Assembly: GCA_964016885.1 (NCBI GenBank)
Contig: OZ024740.1
Span: 34,472,001-34,536,000, forward strand
DNA from: Eledone cirrhosa
Taxonomy: Eukaryota
Reading direction: 5' to 3'
Length of the DNA stretch: 64,000 nucleotides
The notes below the pieces were generated by a model. That model was not told the origin of the DNA, ran no database searches, and worked only from the letters and a program-made list of their open reading frames with translations. Below are positions 1-14,300 of the stretch, piece by piece (the first letter of the stretch is position 1; every line of letters begins with the position of its first letter). Both the position numbers and the translations under genes were made by a program.

Positions 1-3000
1 TTAGATGTAAGGTGTTGTGGTTTAACAGGCGACAGTTAGATGTAAGGTGTAGTGGTTTAACAGGCGACAGTTAGATGTAAGGTGTAGTGGTTTAACAGAC
101 GACAGTTAGATATAAGGTGTAGTGGTTTAACAGCCGACAGTTAGATGTAAGGTGTAGTGGTTTAACAGGCGACAGTTAGATGTAAGGTGTTGTGGTTTAA
201 CAGGCGACAGTTAGATGTAAGGTGTAGTGGTTTAACAGGCGACCGTTAGATGTAAGTTGTAGTGGTTTAACAGGCAACAGTTAGATGTAAGGTGTTGTGG
301 TTTAACAGGTCACAGTTAGATGTAAGGTGTTGTGGTTTAACAGGCGACAGTGAGATGTAAGGTGTTGTGGTTCAAACAGGCGACAGTGAGATGTAAGGTG
401 TAGTGGTTTAACAGGTGACAGTTAGAAGTATGGTGTTGTTGTTAAACAGTCGACAGTTAGATGGAAGGTGTTGTGGTTTAACAGGTGACAGTTAGATGTG
501 AGATGTTGTGGTTTAACAGGGGACAGTTAGATGTAAGGTGTTGTGGTTCAACAGACGAGAGTTAAATGTAAGGTGTTGTGGTTTAATAGGCGACAGTTAG
601 AGGTAAGGTGTTGTCGTTTAACAGACGTCAGTTAGATGTAAGGTGTTGTGGTTTAACAGGTGACAGTTAGATGTAAGGTGTTGTGGTTTAACAGGCGACA
701 GTGAGATGTAAGGTGTTGTGGTTTAACAGGTGACAGTTCAGATGTAAGGTGTTGTGGTTTAACAGACGACATTTAGATGTAAGGTGTTGTGTTTCAACAG
801 GCGACAGTTAGATGTAAGGTGTTGTGGTTTAACAGGTGACAGTTGTATGTAAGTTGTTGTGGTTTAACAGGCGACAGTTAGATGTATGGTGTTGTGGTTT
901 AACAGGCGACAGTTAGATGTAAGGTGCTGTGGTTTAACAGACGTCAGTTAGATGTAAGGTGTTGTGGTTCAACAGACGAGAGTTAAATGTAAGGTATTGT
1001 GGTTTAACAGCCGACAGTTAGATGTAATGTGTTGTTTAACAGACGTTAGTTAGATGTAAGGTGTAGTGGTTTCACAGGTGACAGTTAGATGTAAGGTGTT
1101 GTCGTTTAACAGGCGACAGTTAGATGTAAGGTATAGTGGTTTAACAGGCGAGAGTTAGATGTAAGGTGTTGTGGTTTAACAGGCGACAGTTAGATGTATG
1201 GTGTTGTGGTTTAACAGGTGACAGTTAGATGTAAGGTGTTGTGGTTTAACAGGCGACAGTGAGATGTAAGGTGTTGTGGTTCAAGCAGGCGTCAGTGAGA
1301 TGTAAGGTGTAGTAGTTTAACAGGTGACAGTTAGATGTATAGTGTTGTCGTTAAACAGTCGACAGTTAGATGGAAGGTGTTGTGGTTTAACAGGTGACAG
1401 TTAGATGTAAGGTATAGTGGTTTAACAGGCGACAGTTAGATGTAAGGTGTTGTGGTTTAACCAGCGACAGTTAGATGTAAGGTGTTGTGGTTTAACAGGC
1501 GACAGTTAGATGTAAGGTGTAGTGGTTTAACAGGCGACAGTTAGATATAAATTGTTGTGGTTTAACAGACGACAGTTAGATGAAAGGTGTTGTGGTTTAA
1601 CAGGCGACAGTTAGATGTAAGGTGTTGTGGTTTAACAGGCGACAGTTAGATGTAAGGTGTAGTGGTTTAACAGGCGACAGTTAGATGTAAGGTGTAGTGG
1701 TTTAACAGACGACAGTTAGATGTAAGGTGTAGTGGTTTAACAGGCGACAGTTAGATATAAATTGTTGTGGTTTAACAGACGACAGTTAGATGTAAGGTGT
1801 TGTGGTTTAACAGGCGACAGTTAGATGTAAGGTGTAGTGGTTTAACAGGCGACAGTTAGATGTAAGTTGTAGTGGTTTAACAGGCAACAGTTAGATGTAA
1901 GGTGTTGTGGTTTAACAGGCAACAGTTAGATGTAAGGTGTAGTGGTTCAACAGACGACAGTTAAATGTAAGGTGTTGTGTTTTAACAGGCGACAGTCAGA
2001 TGTGAGGTGTTGTGGTTTAACAGGCAACAGTTAGATGTAAGGTGTAGTGGTTTAACAGGCGACAGTTAGATGTAAGGTGTTGTCGTTTAACAGGCAACAG
2101 TTAGATGTAAGTTGTAGTGGTTTAACAGGCGACAGTTAGATGTAAGATGTTGTAGTTTAACAGACGACAGTTAGATGTAAGGTGTTGTGGTTTAACAGAC
2201 GACAGTTAGATGTAAGGTGTAGTGGTTTAACCGGCGACAGTTAGATGTAAGGTGTTGTGGTTTAACAGGCGACAGTTAGATGTAAGGTGTAGTGGTTTAA
2301 CAGACGACAGTTAGATGTAAGGTGTTGTGGTTTAACAGGCAACAGTTAGATGTAATGTGCTGTGGTTTAACAGGCGACAGTTAGATGTAATGTGTTGTGG
2401 TTTAACAGGCAACAGTTAGATGTAAGGTGTAGTGGTTCAACAGACGATAGTTAAATGTAAGGTGTTGTGTTTTAACAGGCGACAGTCAGATGTAAGGTGT
2501 TGTGGTTCAACAGGCGACAGTTAGATGTAACGTGTTTTGGTTTAATAGAGGGCAGTTAGATGTAAGGTGCAGTGGTTTAATAGGCGACAGTTAGATGCAA
2601 GGTGTAGTGGTTTAACCGGCGACAGTTAGATGTAAGGTGTAGTGGTTTAACAGGCAACAGTTAGATGTAAGTTGTTGTGGTTTAACAGAGGACAGTTAGA
2701 TGTAAGGTGTTGTGGTTTAACAGACAACAGTTAGATGTAAGGTGTTGTGGTTTAACAGGCGACAGTTAGATGTAAGTTGTAGTGGTTTAACAGGCGACAG
2801 TTAGATGTAAGGTGTTGTAGTTTAACAGACGACAGTTAGATGTAAGGTGTTGTGGTTTAACAGACGACAGTTAGATGTAAGGTGTAGTGGTTTAACCGGC
2901 GACAGTTAGATGTAAGGTGTTGTGGTTTAACAGACGACAGTTAGATGTAAGGTGTAGTGGTTTAACCGGCGACAGTTAGATGTAAGGTGTTGTGGTTTAA

Positions 3001-5329
3001 CAGGCGACAGTTAGATGTAAGGTGTTGTGGTTTAACAGGCGACAGTTAGGTGTAAAGTGTAGTGGTTTAACAGACGACAGTTAGATGTAAGGTGTAGTGG
3101 TTTAACAGGCGACAGTTAGATGTAAGGTGTTGTGGTTTAACAGACGACAGTTAGATGTAAGGTGTAGTGGTTTAACAGGCGACAGTTAGATGTAAGGTGT
3201 TTTGGTTTAACAGGCGACAGTTAGATGTAAAGTGTAGTGGTTTAACAGGCGACAGTTAGATGTAAGATGTAGTGGTTTAATAGGCGACAGTTAGATGTAA
3301 GGTGTTGTGGTTTAACAGGTGACAGTTAAATGTAAAGTGTTGTGGTTCAACAGACGACAGTTAAATGTAAGGTGTTGTGGTTTAACAGATGACAGTTAGA
3401 TGTAAGGTGTTGTGGTTTAACAGGCGACAGTTAGATGTAAGGTGTTGTGGTTTAACAGATGACAGTTAGATGTAAGGTGTTGTGGTTTAACAGGCGACAG
3501 TTAGATGTAAGGTTTTGTGGTTCAACAGACGAGAGTCAAATGTAAGGTGTTGTGGTTTAACAGGCGACAGTTAGATGTAAGGTGTAGTGGTTCAACAAAC
3601 GACAGTTAAATGTAAGGTGTTGTGGTTTAATAGGCGACAGTTAGAGGTAAGGTGTTGTCGTTTAACTGACGTCAGTTAGATGTAAGGTGTTGTGGTTTAA
3701 CAGGTGACAGTTAGATGTAAGGTGTTGTGGTTTAACAGGTGACAGTTAGATGTAAGGTGTTGTGGTTTAACAGGCGACAGTGAGATGTAAGGTGTTGTGG
3801 TTTAACAGGTGACAGTTCAGATGTAAGGTGTTGTGGTTTAACAGACGACAGTTAGATGTAAGGTGTTGTGTTTCAACCGGCGACAGTTAGATGTAAGGTG
3901 TTGTGGTTAACAGGTGACAGTTGTATGTAAGTTGTTGTGGTTTAACAGGCGACAGTTAGATGTATTGTGTTGTGGTTTAACAGGCGACAGTTAGATGTAA
4001 GGTGTTGTGGTTTTACAGACGTCAGTTATATGTAAGGTGTTGTGGTTCAACAGACGAGAGTTAAATGTAAGTTATTGTGGTTTAACAGACGACAGTTAGA
4101 TGTAATGTGTTGTTTAACAGACGTTAGTTAGATGTAAGGTGTAGTGGTTTCACAGGTGACAGTTAGATGTAAGGTGTTGTCGTTTAACAGGCGACAGTTA
4201 GATGTAAGGTATAGTGGTTTAACAGGCGAGAGTTAGATGTAAGGTGTTGTGGTTTAACAGGCGACAGTTAGATGTATGGTGTTGTGGTTTAACAGGTGAC
4301 AGTTAGATGTAAGGTGTTGTGGTTTAACAGGCGACAGTGAGATGTAAGCTGTTGTGGTTCAAACAGGCGACAGTGAGATGTAAGGTGTAGTGGTTTAACA
4401 GGTGACAGTTAGAAGTATGGTGTTGTTGTTAAACAGTCGACAGTTAGATGGAAGGTGTTGTGGTTTAACAGGTGACAGTTAGATGTAAGGTATAGTGGTT
4501 TAACAGGCGACAGTTAGATGTAAGGTGTTGTGGTTCAACAGGCGACAGTTAGGTGTAAGGTGTTGTGGTTTAACAGGTGACAGTTAGATGTAAGGTGTAG
4601 AGGTTTAACAGACGACAGTTAGATGTAAGGTGTTGTGGTGTAACAGACGATAGTTAAATGTAAGGTGTTGTGGTTTAACAGGTGATAGTTAGATGTAAGG
4701 TGTCGTGGTTTAACAGGTGAAAGTTAGATGTAAGGTGTAGTGGTTTAATAGACGGCAGTTAGATGTAAGGTGCAGTGGTTTAATAGGCGACAGTTAGATG
4801 TAAGGTGTTGCAGTTTAACAGGCGACAGTTAGATGTAAGGTGTAGTGGTTTAACAGGCGACAGTTAGATGTAAGGTGTTGTGGTTTAACAGGCGACAGTT
4901 AGATGTAAGGTGTTGTGATTTAACAGACGACAGTTAGATGAAAGGTGTAGTGGTTTAACAGACGACAGTTAGATCAAAGGTGTTGTGGTTTAACAGACGA
5001 CAGTTAGATGTAAGGTGTAGTGGTTTAACAGGTGACAGTTAGATCTAAGGTGTTGTGGTTTAACAGACGACAGTTAGATGTAAGGTGTAGTGGTTTAACA
5101 GACGACAGTTACATGTAAGGTGTAGTGGTTTAACAGGTGACAGTTAGATGTAAGGTGTAGTGGTTTAACAGGCAACAGTTAGATGTAATGTGCTGTGGTT
5201 TAACAGGCGACAGTTAGATGTAATGTGTTGTGGTTGAACAGGCAACAGTTAGATGTAAAGTGTTGTGGTTTAACAGGTGACAGTTAGATGTAAGGTGTAG
5301 AGGTTTAACAGACGACAGTTAGATGTAAG

Positions 5330-8300
5330 GTGTTGTGGTGTAACAGGCGACAGTTAGATGTAAGGTGTAGTGGTTCAACAGACGACAGTTAAATGTAAGG
5401 TGTTGTGGTTTAACAGGTGATAGTTAGATGTGAGGTGCAGTGGTTTAACAGACGGCAGTTAGATGTAAGGTGTAGTGGTTTAATAGGCGACAGTTAGATG
5501 TAAGGTGTTGTGGTTTAACAGGAGACAGTTACATGTAAGGTGTAGTAGTTTATCAGGCGAAGTTAGATGTAAGGTGTTGTGGTTCAACAGACGAGAGTTA
5601 AATGTAAGTTATTGTGGTTTAACAGACGACAGTTAGATGTAATGTGTTGTTTAACAGACGTTAGTTAGATGTAAGGTGTAGTGGTTTCACAGGTGACAGT
5701 TAGATGTAAGGTGTTGTCGTTTAACAGGCGACAGTTAGATGTAAGTTATAGTGGTTTAACAGGCGAGAGTTAGATGTAAGGTGTTGTGGTTTAACAGGCG
5801 ACAGTTAGATGTATGGTGTTGTGGTTTAACAGGTCACAGTTAGATGTAAGGTGTTGTGGTTTAACAGGCGACAGTGAGATGTAAGGTGTTGTGGTTCAAA
5901 CAGGCGACAGTGAGATGTAAGGTGTAGTGGTTTAACAGGTGACAGTTAGAAGTATGGTGTTGTTGTTAAACAGTCGACAGTTAGATGGAAGGTGTTGTGG
6001 TTTAACAGGTGACAGTTAGATGTAAGGTATAGTGGTTTAACAGGCGACAGTTAGATGTAAGGTGTTGTGGTTTAACAGGCGACAGTCAGATGTAAGGTGT
6101 TGTGGTTCAACAGGCGACAGTTAGATGTAAGGTGTTGTGGTTTAACAGGTGACAGTTAGATGTAAGGTGTAGAGGTTTAACAGACGACAGTTAGATGTAA
6201 GGTGTTGTGGTGTAACAGACGACAGTTAAATGTAAGGTGTTGTGGTTTAACAGGTGATAGTTAGATGTAAGGTGTAGTGGTTTAATAGACGGCAGTCAGA
6301 TGTAAGGTGTTGCAGTTTAACAGGCGACAGTTAGATGTAAGGTGTAGTGGTTTAACAGGCGACAGTTAGATGTAAGGTGTTGTGGTTTAATAGGCGACAG
6401 TTAGATGTAAGGTGTAGTGGTTTAATAGGCGACAGTTAGATGTAAGGTGTTGCAGTTTAACAGGCGACAGTTAGATGTAAGGTGTAGTGGTTTAACAGGC
6501 GACAGTTAGATGTAAGGTGTTGTGGTTTAACAGACGACAGTTAGATGAAAGGTGTAGTGGTTTAACAGACGACAGTTACATGTAAGGTGTAGTGGTTTAA
6601 CAGGTGACAGTTAGATGTAAGGTGTAGTGGTTTAACAGGCAACAGTTAGATGTAATGTGTTGTGGTTTAACAGGCAACAGTTAGATGTAAAGTGTTGTGG
6701 TTTAACAGGTGACAGTTAGATGTAAGGTGTAGAGGTTTAACAGACGGCAGTTAGACGTAAGGTGTTGTGGTGTAACAGGCGACAGTTAGATGTAAGGTGT
6801 AGTGGTTCAACAGACGACGGTTAAATGTAAGGTGTTGTGGTTTAACAGTTGATAGTTTTATGTAAGGTGCAGTGGTTTAACAGACGGCAGTTAGATGTAA
6901 GGTGTAGTGGTTTAATAGGCGACAGTTAGATGTAAGGTGTTGCGGTTTAACAGGAGACAGTTAGATGTAAGGTGTAGTGGTTTATCAGGCGAGGTTAGAT
7001 GTAAGGTGTAGTGGTTTAATAGGCGACAGTTAGATGTAAGGAGTTGCGGTTTAACAGGCGACAGTTAGATGTAAAGTGTAGTGGTTTAACAGGCGACAGT
7101 TATATGTAAGATGTAGTGGTTTAATAGGCGACGGTTAGATGTAAGGTGTTGTGGTTTAACAGGCGACAGTTAGATGTAAGGTGTTGTGGTTTAACAGGTG
7201 ACAGTTAGATGTAAGATGTTGTGGTTTAACAGGGGACAGTTAGATGTAAGGTGTTGTGGTTCAACAGACGTGAGTTAAATGTAAGGTGTTGTGGTTTAAT
7301 AGGCGACAGTTAGAGGTAAGGTGTTGTCGGTTAACAGACGTCAGTTAGATGTAAGGTGTTGTGGTTTAACAGGTGACAGTTAGATGTAAGGTGTTGTGGT
7401 TTAACAGGCGACAGTGAGATGTAAGGTGTTGTGGTTTAACAGGTGACAGTTCAGATGTAAGGTGTTGTGGTTTAACAGACGACATTTAGATGTAAGGTGT
7501 TGTGTTTCAACAGGCGACAGTTAGATGTAAGGTGTTGTGGTTTAACAGGTGACAGTTGTATGTAAGTTGTTGTGGTTTAACAGGCGACAGTTAGATGTAT
7601 GGTGTTGTGGTTTAACAGGCGACAGTTAGATGTAAGGTGCTGTGGTTTAACAGACGTCAGTTAGATGTAAGGTGTTGTGGTTCAACAGACGAGAGTTAAA
7701 TGTAAGGTATTGTGGTTTAACAGCCGACAGTTAGATGTAATGTGTTGTTTAACAGACGTTAGTTAGATGTAAGGTGTAGTGGTTTCACAGGTGACAGTTA
7801 GATGTAAGGTGTTGTCGTTTAACAGGCGACAGTTAGATGTAAGGTATAGTGGTTTAACAGGCGAGAGTTAGATGTAAGGTGTTGTGGTTTAACAGGCGAC
7901 AGTTAGATGTATGGTGTTGTGGTTTAACAGGTGACAGTTAGATGTAAGGTGTTGTGGTTTAACAGGCGACAGTGAGATGTAAGGTGTTGTGGTTCAAGCA
8001 GGCGTCAGTGAGATGTAAGGTGTAGTGGTTTAACAGGTGACAGTTAGATGTATAGTGTTGTCGTTAAACAGTCGACAGTTAGATGGAAGGTGTTGTGGTT
8101 TAACAGGTGACAGTTAGATGTAAGGTATAGTGGTTCAACAGGCGACAGTTAGATGTAAGGTGTTGTGGTTTAACAGGCGACAGTCAGATGTAAGGTGTTG
8201 TGGTTCAACAGGCGACAGTTAGATGTAAGGTGTTGTGGTTTAACAGGTGACAGTTAGATGTAAGGTGTAGAGGTTTAACAGACGACAGTTAGATGTAAGG

Positions 8301-11300
8301 TGTTGTGGTGTAACAGGCGACAGTTAGATATAAGGTGTAGTGGTTCAACAGACGACAGTTAAATGTAAGGTGTTGTGGTTTAACAGGTAATAGTTAGATG
8401 TAAGGTGCAGTGGTTTAATAGACGGCAGTTAGATGTAAGGTGCAGTAGTTTAATAGGCGACAGTTAGATGTAAGGTGTTGCAGTTTAACAGGCGACAGTT
8501 AGATGTAATGTGTAGTGGTTTAACAGGCGACAGTTAGATGTAAGGTGTTGTGGTTTAACAGACGACAGTTAGATGTAAGGTGTAGTGGTTTAACAGACGA
8601 CAGTTTGATGTAAGGTGTAGTGGTTTAACCAGCGACAGTTAGATGTAAGGTGTTGTGGTTTAACAGGCGACAGTTAGATATAAGGTGTAGTGGTTTAACA
8701 GGCGACAGTTAGATGTAAGGTGTAGTGGTTTAACAGACGACAGTTAGATGTAAGGTGTAGTGGTTTAACAGGCGACAGTTAGATATAAATTGTTGTGGTT
8801 TAACAGACGACAGTTAGATGTAAGGTGTTGTGGTTTAACAGGCGACAGTTAGATGTAAGGTGTAGTGGTTTAACAGGCGACAGTTTGATGTAAGTTGTAG
8901 TGGTTTAACAGGCAACAGTTAGATGTAAGGTGTTGTGGTTTAACAGGCAACAGTTAGATGTAAGGTGTAGTGGTTCAACAGACGACAGTTAAATGTAAGG
9001 TGTTGTGTTTTAACAGGCGACAGTCAGATGTGAGGTGTTGTGGTTTAACAGGCAACAGTTAGATGTAAGGTGTAGTGGTTTAACAGGCGACAGTTAGATG
9101 TAAGGTGTTGTGGTTTAACAGGCAACAGTTAGATGTAAGTTGTAGTGGTTTAACAGGCGACAGTTAGATGTAAGATGTTGTAGTTTAACAGACGACAGTT
9201 AGATGTAAGGTGTTGTGGTTTAACAGACGACAGTTAGATGTAAGGTGTAGTGGTTTAACCGGCGACAGTTAGATGTAAGGTGTTGTGGTTTAACAGGCGA
9301 CAGTTAGATGTAAGGTGTAGTGGTTTAACAGACGACAGTTAGATGTAAGGTGTTGTGGTTTAACAGGCAACAGTTAGATGTAATGTGCTGTGGTTTAACA
9401 GGCGACAGTTAGATGTAATGTGTTGTGGTTTAACAGGCAACAGTTAGATATAAGGTGTAGTGGTTCAACAGACGACAGTTAAATGTAAGGTGTTGTGTTT
9501 TAACAGGCGACAGTTAGATGTAACGTGTTGTGGTTTAATAGAGGGCAGTTAGATGTAAGGTGCAGTGGTTTAAAAGGCGACAGTTAGATGCAAGGTGTAG
9601 TGGTTTAACCGGCGACAGTTAGATGTAAGGTGTAGTGGTTTAACAGTCAACAGTTAGATGTAAGGTGTTGTGGTTTAACAGGCGACAGTTAGATGTAAGT
9701 TGTAGTGGTTTAACAGGCGACAGTTAGATGTAAGGTGTTGTAGTTTAACAGACGACAGTTAGATGTAAGGTGTTGTGGTTTAACAGACGACAATTAGATG
9801 TAAGGTGTAGTGGTTTAACCGGCGACAGTTAGATGTAAGGTGTTGTGGTTTAACAGACGACAGTTAGATGTAAGGTGTAGTGGTTTAACCGGCGACAGTT
9901 AGATGTAAGGTGTTGTGGTTTAACAGGCGACAGTTAGATGTAAGGTGTTGTGGTTTAACAGGCGACCGTTAGGTGTAAAGTGTAGTGGTTTAACAGACGA
10001 CAGTTAGATGTAAGGTGTTGTGGTTTAACAGGCGACAGTTAGATGTAAGGTGTTGTGGTTTCACAGACGACAGTTAGATGTAAGGTGTAGTGGTTTAACA
10101 GGCGACAGTTAGATGTAAGGTGTTGTGGTTTAACAGGCGACAGTTAGATGTAAAGTGTAGTGGTTTAACAGGCGACAGTTAGATGTAAGGTGTTGTGGTG
10201 TAACAGGCGACAGTTAGATGTAAGGTGTAGTGGTTCAACAGACGACAGTTAAATGTAAGGTGTTGTGGTTTAACAGGTGATAGTTAGATGTGAGGTGCAG
10301 TGGTTTAACAGACGGCAGTTAGATGTAAGGTGTAGTGGTTTAATAGGCGACAGTTAGATGTAAGGTGTTGTGGTTTAACAGGAGACAGTTACATGTAAGG
10401 TGTAGTAGTTTATCAGGCGAAGTTAGATGTAAGGTGTTGTGGTTCAACAGACGAGAGTTAAATGTAAGTTATTGTGGTTTAACAGACGACAGTTAGATGT
10501 AATGTGTTGTTTAACAGACGTTAGTTAGATGTAAGGTGTAGTGGTTTCACAGGTGACAGTTAGATGTAAGGTGTTGTCGTTTAACAGGCGACAGTTAGAT
10601 GTAAGTTATAGTGGTTTAACAGGCGAGAGTTAGATGTAAGGTGTTGTGGTTTAACAGGCGACAGTTAGATGTATGGTGTTGTGGTTTAACAGGTCACAGT
10701 TAGATGTAAGGTGTTGTGGTTTAACAGGCGACAGTGAGATGTAAGGTGTTGTGGTTCAAACAGGCGACAGTGAGATGTAAGGTGTAGTGGTTTAACAGGT
10801 GACAGTTAGAAGTATGGTGTTGTTGTTAAACAGTCGACAGTTAGATGGAAGGTGTTGTGGTTTAACAGGTGACAGTTAGATGTAAGGTATAGTGGTTTAA
10901 CAGGCGACAGTTAGATGTAAGGTGTTGTGGTTTAACAGGCGACAGTCAGATGTAAGGTGTTGTGGTTCAACAGGCGACAGTTAGATGTAAGGTGTTGTGG
11001 TTTAACAGGTGACAGTTAGATGTAAGGTGTAGAGGTTTAACAGACGACAGTTAGATGTAAGGTGTTGTGGTGTAACAGACGACAGTTAAATGTAAGGTGT
11101 TGTGGTTTAACAGGTGATAGTTAGATGTAAGGTGTAGTGGTTTAATAGACGGCAGTCAGATGTAAGGTGTTGCAGTTTAACAGGCGACAGTTAGATGTAA
11201 GGTGTAGTGGTTTAACAGGCGACAGTTAGATGTAAGGTGTTGTGGTTTAATAGGCGACAGTTAGATGTAAGGTGTAGTGGTTTAATAGGCGACAGTTAGA

Positions 11301-14300
11301 TGTAAGGTGTTGCAGTTTAACAGGCGACAGTTAGATGTAAGGTGTAGTGGTTTAACAGGCGACAGTTAGATGTAAGGTGTTGTGGTTTAACAGACGACAG
11401 TTAGATGAAAGGTGTAGTGGTTTAACAGACGACAGTTACATGTAAGGTGTAGTGGTTTAACAGGTGACAGTTAGATGTAAGGTGTAGTGGTTTAACAGGC
11501 AACAGTTAGATGTAATGTGTTGTGGTTTAACAGGCAACAGTTAGATGTAAAGTGTTGTGGTTTAACAGGTGACAGTTAGATGTAAGGTGTAGAGGTTTAA
11601 CAGACGGCAGTTAGACGTAAGGTGTTGTGGTGTAACAGGCGACAGTTAGATGTAAGGTGTAGTGGTTCAACAGACGACGGTTAAATGTAAGGTGTTGTGG
11701 TTTAACAGTTGATAGTTTTATGTAAGGTGCAGTGGTTTAACAGACGGCAGTTAGATGTAAGGTGTAGTGGTTTAATAGGCGACAGTTAGATGTAAGGTGT
11801 TGCGGTTTAACAGGAGACAGTTAGATGTAAGGTGTAGTGGTTTATCAGGCGAGGTTAGATGTAAGGTGTAGTGGTTTAATAGGCGACAGTTAGATGTAAG
11901 GAGTTGCGGTTTAACAGGCGACAGTTAGATGTAAAGTGTAGTGGTTTAACAGGCGACAGTTATATGTAAGATGTAGTGGTTTAATAGGCGACGGTTAGAT
12001 GTAAGGTGTTGTGGTTTAACAGGCGACAGTTAGATGTAAGGTGTTGTGGTTTAACAGGTGACAGTTAGATGTAAGATGTTGTGGTTTAACAGGGGACAGT
12101 TAGATGTAAGGTGTTGTGGTTCAACAGACGTGAGTTAAATGTAAGGTGTTGTGGTTTAATAGGCGACAGTTAGAGGTAAGGTGTTGTCGGTTAACAGACG
12201 TCAGTTAGATGTAAGGTGTTGTGGTTTAACAGGTGACAGTTAGATGTAAGGTGTTGTGGTTTAACAGGCGACAGTGAGATGTAAGGTGTTGTGGTTTAAC
12301 AGGTGACAGTTCAGATGTAAGGTGTTGTGGTTTAACAGACGACATTTAGATGTAAGGTGTTGTGTTTCAACAGGCGACAGTTAGATGTAAGGTGTTGTGG
12401 TTTAACAGGTGACAGTTGTATGTAAGTTGTTGTGGTTTAACAGGCGACAGTTAGATGTATGGTGTTGTGGTTTAACAGGCGACAGTTAGATGTAAGGTGC
12501 TGTGGTTTAACAGACGTCAGTTAGATGTAAGGTGTTGTGGTTCAACAGACGAGAGTTAAATGTAAGGTATTGTGGTTTAACAGCCGACAGTTAGATGTAA
12601 TGTGTTGTTTAACAGACGTTAGTTAGATGTAAGGTGTAGTGGTTTCACAGGTGACAGTTAGATGTAAGGTGTTGTCGTTTAACAGGCGACAGTTAGATGT
12701 AAGGTATAGTGGTTTAACAGGCGAGAGTTAGATGTAAGGTGTTGTGGTTTAACAGGCGACAGTTAGATGTATGGTGTTGTGGTTTAACAGGTGACAGTTA
12801 GATGTAAGGTGTTGTGGTTTAACAGGCGACAGTGAGATGTAAGGTGTTGTGGTTCAAGCAGGCGTCAGTGAGATGTAAGGTGTAGTGGTTTAACAGGTGA
12901 CAGTTAGATGTATAGTGTTGTCGTTAAACAGTCGACAGTTAGATGGAAGGTGTTGTGGTTTAACAGGTGACAGTTAGATGTAAGGTATAGTGGTTCAACA
13001 GGCGACAGTTAGATGTAAGGTGTTGTGGTTTAACAGGCGACAGTCAGATGTAAGGTGTTGTGGTTCAACAGGCGACAGTTAGATGTAAGGTGTTGTGGTT
13101 TAACAGGTGACAGTTAGATGTAAGGTGTAGAGGTTTAACAGACGACAGTTAGATGTAAGGTGTTGTGGTGTAACAGGCGACAGTTAGATATAAGGTGTAG
13201 TGGTTCAACAGACGACAGTTAAATGTAAGGTGTTGTGGTTTAACAGGTAATAGTTAGATGTAAGGTGCAGTGGTTTAATAGACGGCAGTTAGATGTAAGG
13301 TGCAGTAGTTTAATAGGCGACAGTTAGATGTAAGGTGTTGCAGTTTAACAGGCGACAGTTAGATGTAATGTGTAGTGGTTTAACAGGCGACAGTTAGATG
13401 TAAGGTGTTGTGGTTTAACAGACGACAGTTAGATGTAAGGTGTAGTGGTTTAACAGACGACAGTTTGATGTAAGGTGTAGTGGTTTAACCAGCGACAGTT
13501 AGATGTAAGGTGTTGTGGTTTAACAGGCGACAGTTAGATATAAGGTGTAGTGGTTTAACAGGCGACAGTTAGATGTAAGGTGTAGTGGTTTAACAGACGA
13601 CAGTTAGATGTAAGGTGTAGTGGTTTAACAGGCGACAGTTAGATATAAATTGTTGTGGTTTAACAGACGACAGTTAGATGTAAGGTGTTGTGGTTTAACA
13701 GGCGACAGTTAGATGTAAGGTGTAGTGGTTTAACAGGCGACAGTTTGATGTAAGTTGTAGTGGTTTAACAGGCAACAGTTAGATGTAAGGTGTTGTGGTT
13801 TAACAGGCAACAGTTAGATGTAAGGTGTAGTGGTTCAACAGACGACAGTTAAATGTAAGGTGTTGTGTTTTAACAGGCGACAGTCAGATGTGAGGTGTTG
13901 TGGTTTAACAGGCAACAGTTAGATGTAAGGTGTAGTGGTTTAACAGGCGACAGTTAGATGTAAGGTGTTGTGGTTTAACAGGCAACAGTTAGATGTAAGT
14001 TGTAGTGGTTTAACAGGCGACAGTTAGATGTAAGATGTTGTAGTTTAACAGACGACAGTTAGATGTAAGGTGTTGTGGTTTAACAGACGACAGTTAGATG
14101 TAAGGTGTAGTGGTTTAACCGGCGACAGTTAGATGTAAGGTGTTGTGGTTTAACAGGCGACAGTTAGATGTAAGGTGTAGTGGTTTAACAGACGACAGTT
14201 AGATGTAAGGTGTTGTGGTTTAACAGGCAACAGTTAGATGTAATGTGCTGTGGTTTAACAGGCGACAGTTAGATGTAATGTGTTGTGGTTTAACAGGCAA

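Noticed and set aside
22-40. Hairpin within the monomer (TAAC-N8-GTTA)
   Set aside because: Only 4-5 weak base pairs, expected by chance. The common TTCAAC variant disrupts it without compensation.
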